A DNA stretch of 63,924 bases, counting the filler, from Thraustochytrium aureum (Eukaryota): the NCBI GenBank assembly GCA_012862495.1. It is 5 parts of 3 records of this genome, joined end to end, with 100 filler letters (N's around TTAATTAATTAA, not from the genome) between each part and the next. Parts side by side here need not be neighbours in the genome. Positions count along the whole stretch, not along the records: positions 28,118 to 40,521 come from BLSG01000450.1; positions 40,622 to 52,516 come from BLSG01000450.1; 3 more parts are not named here. One strand, given 5' to 3'. The notes below the pieces were generated by a model. The model worked only from the letters and a program-made list of their open reading frames with translations. It did no database searches and was not told the DNA's origin. Positions 36,940 through 46,536 of the stretch are shown here, one piece after another. Each line of letters opens with the position of its first letter. Within the stretch, counting starts at the first letter, position 1. The position numbers and the translations under genes were made by a program.

Positions 36940-37330
36940 GCGTCACAAGAGGACCCCGTAGTGACGAGACGCTCGCGCATTCGCGTCGCATTCGGCGCTG
37001 TGAGGAGGGTGTGCAAGCGCTCGTCACGCTGGACCAGCTGTGACGAGGGTTGCGGGAGGCAGGATGCGTCACAGGGGGTGGCCTTGACGCCGCGTGTGCG
37101 AAGGCTCGTCAGCAAGGTCCCCTGTGACTTGGCCGGACGTCACTGTGCGTTACCATGTGCCCAACGGCGCGTGTGCAGAGTCTCGTGACAGGAGATCCGC
37201 TGTGACAGGGGACAACGCAGACTCTTACGTCATAAGGGTGACTAGCGTTGCGTGCAGCCTCTTCGTCACGCCTAGGCCCACTGTGACGGTGCGGAGTTTC
37301 ACGTGCGTCACAGGGGTGTGCTGTATGACG
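36940..37330. promoter_or_regulatory. Divergent promoter region (LCB2 / sirtuin) with a dense GTGAC/GTCAC cluster
   Basis: Roughly 15 or more GTGAC/GTCAC/TGACG words in ~390 bp. Confidence 0.5.
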
Positions 37331-37528
37331 AGGCTCGGCGAGCGAACAAAGGAGCAGTCAGTCAGGCCTGGTGTGGGCAGAGCAGCGCCGCGCAGCTCCC
37401 ACGCACGCACGGCGACCTGGGTTTGCGCGCGCCGCTGGCCGAGCTGCTGGCGCCTCGGGCTGCTGGCCGCTCGCGGCTGCGCTGCGCGCCCGCACGCGAA
37501 GGAGGCGAAAACATACCGGTAACGCGAA

Positions 37529-40180
37529 ATGGCGACGGCGGCTGCAGCCAACGGCGACCTCGGGCCTAGGCCGCACACGCGCACGCAGCTGCTGTCCACG
37601 TTGCTGCCAGGGCACCCGTTTGTGGAGAGGCTCCGTGCGAACGCGGAAACGCAGCAGGTCGTCAACAGCATGAGCCAAGAGGAGTTTGTCCACCTCTGCA
37701 GGCTCCTCCAGTCCAAGGCCAAGCACTATGCGAGGAAGCGCGTGAGGCAGGTCAAGTCCATCGACGACGTAGTCAAGCTCATCGCAGGGTCTCGTCGCGC
37801 GCTGGTGCTCACTGGGGCCGGCATCTCGACAAGCTGTGGGATACCGGATTTCCGCAGCGCGGACGGCGTGTATAGCATGCTGGACGGCTACAAACTTCGC
37901 GACCCTCAGGACCTGTTTTCTATCAGGTACTTTCGGCGCAACACGAAACCGTTCTACGACTTTGCGCGCAAGCTCTGGCCGGGAACGCACAAGCCAGCGC
38001 CAACACACCACTTCATCCGGTGCCTCGAGGTCAACGGCCACCTCCACCGCAACTACACCCAAAACATTGACACCCTTGAGCACGTGGCCGGCATCACGCG
38101 CGTGCTCCAATGCCACGGATCGTTCGCGACGGCGACGTGCACCCGCTGCAAGTACAAGTGCGCAGGCATGTTTATCAAAGACGACATAATGAAGTGCGGC
38201 GCACCTCCTTGCCCGCGCTGCGCCGAGAATCCCCAGCCCTCGCTCATGCTCGAGTTTGCGCTTCGGGATCCCGACATGCGCGCGTTTCGCGTCGCCGGCG
38301 ACCGCAGCATGTCGCTCTCGAGCGAGAGCGACGCAGAAAGCGACGCCGGGGCGGTTCGGTCGAGCGGGAACGCGACCACTGCCGCGGTCGCGAGTGCGAC
38401 TTCTCCCAAGCGAGCGCCAAGCGCGAGCCACGCGCCGCCAATGAGCAATGTAGACGCGACTGATAGTGGGCTCGGTTCCGCGGCGGCGACGCTTCATTCC
38501 AGGAGACCGGAAGGGCTGTCGCTCGATTTGGGCACCAGCGCCGTTGCGCCGTCCCCTCGGCACAGCCTTTCGGGGCGGTCTGCTTCTGGAACTGGCGCGA
38601 GCGCGCTCGCATCCCCGGCGGGAGGACCCATGCCCACGGCTGGCAGGGGTGTTATTGAGCCAGACTCTCCTTTCACGTCTGCAACGCGAGTGTTCGGGCA
38701 GCCCGTGGCTCCGGCGGGTGGGCCCCGCACCGGCGTCCGCCCGCCGCAGCGAAGCAACAGCCTTGCTAGCGAGGTGGAAACCGCTTTCCCCGCAAGTCNN
38801 NNNNNNNNNNNNNNNNNNNNNNNNNNNNNNNNNNNNNNNNNNNNNNNNNNNNNNNNNNNNNNNNNNNNNNNNNNNNNNNNNNNNNNNNNNNNNNNNNNNN
38901 NNNNNNNNNNNNNNNNNNNNNNNNNNNNNNNNNNNNNNNNNNNNNNNNNNNNNNNNNNNNNNNNNNNNNNNNNNNNNNNNNNNNNNNNNNNNNNGAGCTT
39001 TGCGCGGGCGCGCGACTTGACGCGCTCCAACAGCCTGGGGTCGTCCGGGCAAACCACCCCGGTCGGGACGGACAGGCCACCGCTCACGCTCGACGAGGCA
39101 GTGGAAGCTGGCCTAGTTGACGCGCCTGACCCCGGGGATAGTGCCGACCCGAACAGTGCCGGCGCCGCGGCGATCGGGCTTTCCGAGGAGGAAGCAAAGG
39201 TGGTCGAGAAGGTGATCGTCTCCCCTCAGCAAAGCTCCGCCCGGCGCCCCGAAAATGGCTCGCCTCCCATCACCCCTCTCGGAGCCGCCGGTTGTTTGCA
39301 GGAGTTTACGCTCGATCCTGGCGCGGTTGGCGGCGCAGAGGCGGCGCAAGCACCCTCGCCCAGAGTCACGAAGGCCGGAGCGGTTGGGACCAGGGAGGAC
39401 GGTCGCCGCGAGTCACTCGGCGGGGACTCCACGCACGGAGGGAGCAACTCGAGCGCTCGGCCGAGTACCAGCTCCCTCGACGACGAGAATGGGCACGCAA
39501 AGGGGTCTGAGCGCGCGCAGGCCGACGCAAGGGAATCAAAGTCTAGCTCGAGCGCGCGCGACTTTACCGAGGAGCTCCCTTTCGTGGACTTGATGTACGA
39601 CCGAGGGATCATGAAGCCCGACATAGTGTTTTTCGGCGAGTCTCTGCCCGAAGAGTTTTTCGACTGCATCGAGAAGGACGTCGAGGAGTGCGACCTCGTG
39701 ATCGTGCTTGGGACGAGCTTGAAAGTGGCGCCAGTCTCTCAGGTTATCGAGATGGTCAAGCCGGATGTGCCGCAGATCCTTATCAATCGCGAGTTGGTTG
39801 CCCAACCCCACGAATTTGATGTTGAGCTTCTTGGCAACTGTGACAATGTCACAGCTGCCTTGGCCGCTCGCCTTGGATGGGTTCTTGGCTCGAAGGATGT
39901 TGCTGTCGCTCCGGAGGCACTCGATATCTCTTTCAAGCAGAGCGAGCGAGGTTCTTATCGTTTCTTGTTCGAGGGCGCGCAGGAGTCAAGCGACGACGAG
40001 AGCGACAGCGATGAGGAGGAGAGCGACCGAGACAGCGACCGAGACAGCGACCAAAACGACACAAATCCTGGCGACGGCCCCAGCGAGACCAGTGGCGGGG
40101 TCGGTGCGCAATGGGCCGCAAATGGCGGCGAAGGAGGTGCTGACAGACAAGCGAGCCCCAAGCGCCCCCGCCTTGGATAG
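37529..40180 (+). CDS. Class I sirtuin (SIRT1/Sir2-like NAD-dependent deacetylase) with a very large low-complexity insertion
   Basis: LTGAGISTSCGIPDFRS, NYTQNIDTLE, QCHGSF, CTRC/CPRC, IMKPDIVFFGE, GTSLKVAPV, INRE, LGNCD. Acidic tail and terminal NLS-like SPKRPRL. Confidence 0.93.
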   Translation: MATAAAANGDLGPRPHTRTQLLSTLLPGHPFVERLRANAETQQVVNSMSQEEFVHLCRLLQSKAKHYARKRVRQVKSIDDVVKLIAGSRRALVLTGAGISTSCGIPDFRSADGVYSMLDGYKLRDPQDLFSIRYFRRNTKPFYDFARKLWPGTHKPAPTHHFIRCLEVNGHLHRNYTQNIDTLEHVAGITRVLQCHGSFATATCTRCKYKCAGMFIKDDIMKCGAPPCPRCAENPQPSLMLEFALRDPDMRAFRVAGDRSMSLSSESDAESDAGAVRSSGNATTAAVASATSPKRAPSASHAPPMSNVDATDSGLGSAAATLHSRRPEGLSLDLGTSAVAPSPRHSLSGRSASGTGASALASPAGGPMPTAGRGVIEPDSPFTSATRVFGQPVAPAGGPRTGVRPPQRSNSLASEVETAFPASXXXXXXXXXXXXXXXXXXXXXXXXXXXXXXXXXXXXXXXXXXXXXXXXXXXXXXXXXXXXXXXXXXSFARARDLTRSNSLGSSGQTTPVGTDRPPLTLDEAVEAGLVDAPDPGDSADPNSAGAAAIGLSEEEAKVVEKVIVSPQQSSARRPENGSPPITPLGAAGCLQEFTLDPGAVGGAEAAQAPSPRVTKAGAVGTREDGRRESLGGDSTHGGSNSSARPSTSSLDDENGHAKGSERAQADARESKSSSSARDFTEELPFVDLMYDRGIMKPDIVFFGESLPEEFFDCIEKDVEECDLVIVLGTSLKVAPVSQVIEMVKPDVPQILINRELVAQPHEFDVELLGNCDNVTAALAARLGWVLGSKDVAVAPEALDISFKQSERGSYRFLFEGAQESSDDESDSDEEESDRDSDRDSDQNDTNPGDGPSETSGGVGAQWAANGGEGGADRQASPKRPRLG

Positions 40181-40621
40181 AGCGCCGAAGGTGGGGACTC
40201 GGTAGCAATGCAGGGCTCTGAATTGCGCTGGAGTGCGGTGCGCACTGGTGGGCGTGGGAGCCCAAACGTTTACAGATTTCTCCTCGCTACCAAAGCAACC
40301 AAAGCAACAAACGAGACCGGCGGCCACCGTGCGGTATTTGATCTTGATCAAGAAAACAAAAACAAATAGGGCGATTCCCCAACCCAGGCCATGCAGTAGG
40401 ACTGTGTTCCGGGGTCCGCAAGGCTCCGGCCGCCCCATGCCCGCCAAGAGAAATACTGGGGGCTGCAAACCAAAAGCATCACGCGCTCCGGAGCCTCTCT
40501 CTACTAGAGCGATAGATAGGGNNNNNNNNNNNNNNNNNNNNNNNNNNNNNNNNNNNNNNNNNNNNTTAATTAATTAANNNNNNNNNNNNNNNNNNNNNNN
40601 NNNNNNNNNNNNNNNNNNNNN

Positions 40622-42420
40622 AGGTCAACCGAGTCGTTGTAGATAGCAATGCTGTCGTGGTCGATGCCGTTGATCCCGCTGGAGGCCTTGTTGGAGTTGC
40701 CCCCAGCCACGCGCTCCTTGTCGATGAGAACAACCGAGCCGCCTCGGTCAATCACGGAAAGCGCCACGGTGAGCCCCGAGAGGCCGGCGCCGACAATGAT
40801 GACGTCAGGCAGCGAGGGCCCGGTCTGCGCAGTCTTCGCAACAGTGCGCGACGCCACCCGGCGTGCTGCATGCCGCACGAAGCTCTCTGGGTGCCCTTGC
40901 ATCGCAAAGTGCTCAGCGAGAAGGAGGACCTCCCCGTCGCGGTCAAGCGTCGCGTCCACCAAACGGTCCTCGTCGGCCGACGAGACCGAGCGCGATTTCA
41001 CAGCAGCCACGATCGCCTCAAGCGACGCGCGGACGACCAAGTCGCCACTCACCATGCTCGAGTTCAGCAAGTTGCTAGGCATGTCCCTCTGCGCCTCCTC
41101 GATCACCTGGGCGCGGAACTTGTTGTAGATCTCCAGCGCCTCGCTGAACTTTTCTGCCGTGTTAAACAGCGCAACGACTTCCTCCCGGCTTAGGTTTTTC
41201 TGAATGAGCGACGGCGGGAGGAGCAAGATCTTGATTGCGGTGCCGATTCCGAGCAGCTGCAGCTTGCCGTGAAGCCGGCACTTTTGGCACTTGACGCAGT
41301 TGAACGTGCTCGAAATGTTGTGGAAGATGCCCTTGAAGCGCCGTTTGAGGTTTGACATGGTCGAGGCCTGGTGGCTCCTACGGTCCTCGAACAGGAGCGA
41401 CTCGTCAAATGCCTCAAACACGGGTTGGCATGTGCTGAGAACGTGCGAGTCCAGGAGCATTTTCACGAGTGCTTTGGTGCGCACCGTCTCGGCGGTGTTG
41501 TTGAGGACCTTGTAGTTGAACTTTTCCAGAACAGGGCCTGCGCGGCGGATCGCACGAAGCATGACCACGAAGGCAAACTGCAGGTTCTTGAACCTCTCCT
41601 CGTGGCCGACAAACTGCTCCTTGAACCGCTTCAGGTTGGGCGCCCACTCGTCCCGCTTGCCCTTGAGGGGCGGAAAGTACGCGTCCGAGATGTGCAGATT
41701 GATGCTCGAGTGGAGGCCCGAGAGAAGGCGGTAAAGGAACTGCTCTTCGTAGCACATGTCGTCCACGGTGTTCTCAAAGCAGTTTTCGCTGTAAATGGCC
41801 GCCCACACCGCGCTGCCGTTGTACCCAGTGTACGTCTCGGGGTTGCGCTTCAGGTTCACGTAGCCCTCGTTCGAGTGGTGGAAAGGCAGCTTGGAGCAGA
41901 GGTCCAGCCAAAACTCGGGCAGGTTGTCGTCGTCGCACTCCTCAGTCGATCGCGTCACGAACAGGTCCTCTCGTGCCGACAGCAGCGTGTCGACCTTTTC
42001 ATTGTTCACATCGCACAGCGCGCCTGGCCCGCTCCCCGTCCCCGAGCCCACTGAGGCAGAGCTGCTTTTGGAAGCCGCACCAAAGGCTGCCGCGCCAAAC
42101 AACGGATCGTCCGCCGGGGGGGCGCCTGGGCACTTGCCTTCGTCAGGCTTGGCCTTGTTTGGCGGGTCAAGCGGGCAGGCGCCGTCAAGTTGCACGCGAA
42201 AGAGCCGAAAGTAGGTCGTGTTGACGAGTTCGCTCAAGATGTTACTCAGGTGGTCCCTGTTCGCGCGTCTGATTACCCCAGCATTGCACTGTACGCCAGG
42301 TCCTGGCCCGGCCTCGAACAGGTCTGCCTCTACCGTGTTGAGACCTTGCCCTTCCGCCGTCCTCGCCGACAGCAGCGCCACGAGCGCCGCAAGCGCGCCG
42401 AGGGCCTGTGCAGCGCGCAT
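40622..42420 (-). CDS. ERO1: ER oxidoreductin Ero1 fused in frame to an Osm1/Frd1-type FAD-dependent fumarate reductase domain (C-terminus lost in a gap)
   Basis: Signal peptide MRAAQALGALAALVALL. Ero1 motifs YFRLFRV.L...CP, YVNLKRNPETYTGY, VWAAIYSENCF, CYEEQFLYRLLSGLHSSI, FHNIS..FNCVKCQKCRLHGKLQ. After a linker: DVIIVGAGLSGLTVA...VVLIDKE..AGGNSNKASSGING. Confidence 0.92.
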
Positions 42421-43328
42421 CCTCGCTCGTCGGCCAGCTGGCAGCGCCTCGAAGCGCGTGCGAGCGCGTGCGAGCGCGCGGGCCTTGGCGACCTCCGTTC
42501 CGCGTCACCGGAACGAATCCCAACGGCGCGCTGGCGGGCGAGCTCGACGGCCGCCTCCGAGCGCCACGAACAACGTTCTGCCTCCTGGCGCCTCCCTGCG
42601 CCTGCTGCGGCTCTGCTGCTGCTGCCCTCCTGCCGCCGTTGCGGGTCTGCGATGCCCTGGCGCTCTGCTCCCAAAGGCACTACCTACTTCTGCTGCTCAC
42701 TTTGGTGCCTGGCTGACGTCTCGAAGCGCACANNNNNNNNNNNNNNNNNNNNNNNNNNNNNNNNNNNNNNNNNNNNNNNNNNNNNNNNNNNNNNNNNNNN
42801 NNNNNNNNNNNNNNNNNNNNNNNNNNNNNNNNNNNNNNNNNNNNNNNNNNNNNNNNNNNNNNNNNNNNNNNNNNNNNNNNNNNNNNNNNNNNNNNNNNNN
42901 NNNNNNNNNNNNNNNNNNNNNNNNNNNNNNNNNNNNNNNNNNNNNNNNNNNNNNNNNNNNNNNNNNNNNNNNNNNNNNNNNNNNNNNNNNNNNNNNNNNN
43001 NNNNNNNNNNNNNNNNNNNNNNNNNNNNNNNNNNNNNNNNNNNNNNNNNNNNNNNNNNNNNNNNNNNNNNNNNNNNNNNNNNNNNNNNNNNNNNNNNNNN
43101 NNNNNNNNNNNNNNNNNNNNNNNNNNNNNNNNNNNNNNNNNNNNNNNNNNNNNAGGCTGGCCAGGCTATGTCCGGTGTCCAGTGCCAGCGTGGAAGGCGA
43201 GACTCTCCGAGTGCTCGATTCCATTCCGTTGGCATCGCGTGGACTTGACCGCATCGAGGGCCTGGAGGTGGAAGCCACGGTCGATGTCGCTCGCTTGGCT
43301 TGGTTTGGCTTGGTTTGGCTTGCGCGCG

Positions 43329-43353
43329 GTTGTTGTTGTTGTTGTTGTTGTTC
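43329..43353. repeat. (GTT)n microsatellite preceded by a (TTGGT/C) pentamer run
   Basis: Directly visible. Confidence 0.85.
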
Positions 43354-43380
43354 ATGAAATCAAGTTGTTGTTCGAAAGGC

Positions 43381-45827
43381 TTATTTACTAGTAGAGTACT
43401 TGGGAGCCGCTGCGGGAGGGCGCACGACGATGGTGCGAAGCCCGCACGTTCGAGAAAAGTCTCCAGCGGCCGGGATGGGCTCCGCGAGGTAAAGGTTGTC
43501 CAACAGCAGAGCAAGGACCTTGTCGTCCTGCCCCTTGCGCACATGCTGCGACTTTGGGCGGCCCTCGTTCAGGCAGTCGAGAAACGCGACCAAACGCGCC
43601 TCGACAAGATCGCCGCTGTATTCGTGCGTTGTGCACATGTCGGTTGCAGAAAACAGATAGTTGTATCCACTCCGTGTCACTGAAAGCAGGACTTGGCATG
43701 CAGGCGCCTGCACCCCAGGCTGCGCAAAAATCTGCGGGAGGCGTCGCCCACCGCGAAACACTTGCTTGACAAGAGCGCCCATCCGCTTGCGCCGTTCAAA
43801 CTCGATGAATCGCAGGCGACCGAGATGGCCTCGCCCAATGCGCTGGATTTGCTTTGCCCCCGCGTGCATGATTGACAGCTCGGCACGCCAGCGGCGACCC
43901 CGAGCGAGCGCTTGCACGCGGAGGACAGCGTCGCGGCGCCGCTGCCGCGCCCGAAGCGTTTCGAGGCGTCGTTCGACAAGAACGAGCCGTTGCTTGCCGA
44001 GCTCCTCTTTGATCCTCGCGCGGCGCCGCCACTCTGTGCGGCCACGCATACCCCTGGCAACGCGCTGGATGTCGGTTGCCGAAAATATGCGTTTCTTCGC
44101 CACAACCTGGGCGGCACGGAGGCGCTCCAAGCTCCCGAGCACGAGCCGCGGGAGTTCTTGGCGGCGCATCGCAACGCGCTGGACGCGCGCACGCAATGTG
44201 AAGGCCAGCTCGGTCATATCCCGAGTGAGGCGCCTCCTGCGCACCGCGCTTTCCTCTTGCAGCGCATTCGTCCCAGCTGCCTCGCCGAGCGCTGGGACTT
44301 GTTGCGCGTGGCGCGACACGGAGCTTAGCGCGTCGACAAGCTGCTCGAGCGGGGCCACGAGCGGCGCCGTGGCTGGCGCGGAAAAGACGACGGATGTCCC
44401 GCGAATACCGAGCCGAAACTCGCCTGCCGCAGCAGCAGGCCCTTGCTCGTGAGCCCAAAAGGCCTCAAACTGCTTCCGAAGGACGTCAAGCCACAGCTTG
44501 TGCGACTCGAAAAGCTCGCCGCGGAAGCGCCCGCTCGAGCGCAGCACGGCCAAGGCGCGGGTCCCTGAAGCGGCGCGCTCTGTCTTTCTCACACGAGNNN
44601 NNNNNNNNNNNNNNNNNNNNNNNNNNNNNNNNNNNNNNNNNNNNNNNNNNNNNNNNNNNNNNNNNNNNNNNNNNNNNNNNNNNNNNNNNNNNNNNNNNNN
44701 NNNNNNNNNNNNNNNNNNNNNNNNNNNNNNNNNNNNNNNNNNNNNNNNNNNNNNNNNNNNNNNNNNNNNNNNNNNNNNNNNNNNNNNNNNNNNNNNNNNN
44801 NNNNNNNNNNNNNNNNNNNNNNNNNNNNNNNNNNNNNNNNNNNNNNNNNNNNNNNNNNNNNNNNNNNNNNNNNNNNNNNNNNNNNNNNNNNNNNNNNNNN
44901 NNNNNNNNNNNNNNNNNNNNNNNNNNNNNNNNNNNNNNNNNNNNNNNNNNNNNNNNNNNNNNNNNNNNNNNNNNNNNNNNNNNNNNNNNNNNNNNNNNNG
45001 ACCGCCTTGATGCGAAGCACGAATGGATCGCTCGGGACGCAGCGCAACACCCTGCTCAGCGTGTTCAGGGCCAAGTCCGACTCGCCACGAAACACCATAA
45101 GGACAATAGCGCCTCGAATGACTCGGCGCCTTACGTCGGCGTCCTCGCGCAGCTCTCGGTCTGACAGCCCGGCCAAATAGCTGCGAAACCCTGGCCCGAC
45201 CCGAGTAACCTCCTCCTTGAGCAATGCTTGGGCCAGCCCCCGCCGCCGCTCCAGCGCCTGCCGCGCGCGATACACCTTGCGGCCGAGGTGGCCGCGATAC
45301 GCCCGCTCGATTGCAGCAGCGCATCGGATTTGGCGCTCTCGGCGCAACCGCTCACAGTGCCCGACCGCCCAGTGCCTGCGCGCGGCACACTGGATGGCTC
45401 GTGCCGCCTTGTCGTCTCTCGCAGCCCGGAGCGCCTTGGCTCTTGAGCGCGCCTGATTCGCGCGCCAGTGCTTTTGCAAAACCCGAGACGCCTCCGCATC
45501 GCGCAGGGCCTTGCGCCTCGCGGCCTTTCGCGCCCCGCGGGCGCCACGATACACCCTTTGAACAAGCAGCGCAGCGACCGTTTCCGCGATCCCGCAGTCT
45601 CCCCAGACGATCCAGCGGGCTGTGACGCCTCGGTACCAGGCCTGTATCCGTATCGCGGCATGCCTGTGCTCGAGCCTGAACGCCGCGGGCCGCGTTTCCA
45701 CGCGCAGGTCGATGCCGTGCCGGTCGTCGACATGCGCCTCGGCCATCTTCCGTGCAGCGCGGTGGCCCAGGGGCTTGAGCCGCCTGGGCAGCCCGCGGCG
45801 CCTCGCGGCTCGGGCCGGGCCCGCCAT
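43381..45827 (-). CDS. Multi-IQ-motif calmodulin-binding protein (middle in a gap)
   Basis: IQ-like motifs IQAWYRG, VQRVYRG, LQKHWRA, IQCAARR, IERAYRG before the gap; IQRVARG, VQALARG, IQRIGRG after it. Start ATG at 45827 or 45746. Confidence 0.75.
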
Positions 45828-46536
45828 CGCGAAGCCCGTTGCCAGTCTCTGCAAGCGCGGCGCAGGCGCTGACGCATGTCGCGACCTGCATCCGTCAGCT
45901 ATCCAACTATCCGTTGGCATCGAACGGTCTCAACGGACACGCCCCGGCGCATTGTGAGAGCGCCCGCCCATCCGTCCGTCCGCCCGCCCACTCGTGCGCA
46001 GGCGTGGGTGGATGGATATGCACATGCGCCTGGATCAGGAGAGCGATCTGCTCTGGTGGAGATTGGCCATGGCAGTGGGCCAAGTCGCGCCGCGGTTGAA
46101 GTGAGTCGCGAGATGGCTCGACAACAACACCAGCAACGAAAACATCAACGACAGAGGGTTCAACGACAACGACGACAAAAACGTGGGAGCGCTGTGCGGA
46201 AGGCGAACTTGCGAGATTTTCCAAGGAAACTGCGCAAGTCTTGCGCTCGTGGGTGAAGAGCTCGGTTGGTCAAACGGCCATTGGCAGCAAGCACTCGGCG
46301 GCTGGTCTGGACAAGAAACAGTCAACCAGCTCGCTCGCTCGCACGCCGTCGAAGCTCGCGCGAGGAGGTTGCGCACAGGGAAAAAGCCGCGCACAGCGAC
46401 AACGCGCAGGGGGTGGCGTGCGAAGTGACGCCACAGGCAAGAACTCGAGCAAGGCAGGACCTGGCCAGACGAGGACGGGCTCGGAGTCTCGTGCGGACGA
46501 GAGCGGCGAGGAAAGTCAGACAAAGGTGCGGTGAGC

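Noticed and set aside
40566..40577. TTAATTAATTAA as a biological palindrome or piggyBac TTAA site
   Set aside because: Always centred in fixed-length N gaps: an artificial six-frame-stop linker. Adjacency and distances across these linkers are also less certain.
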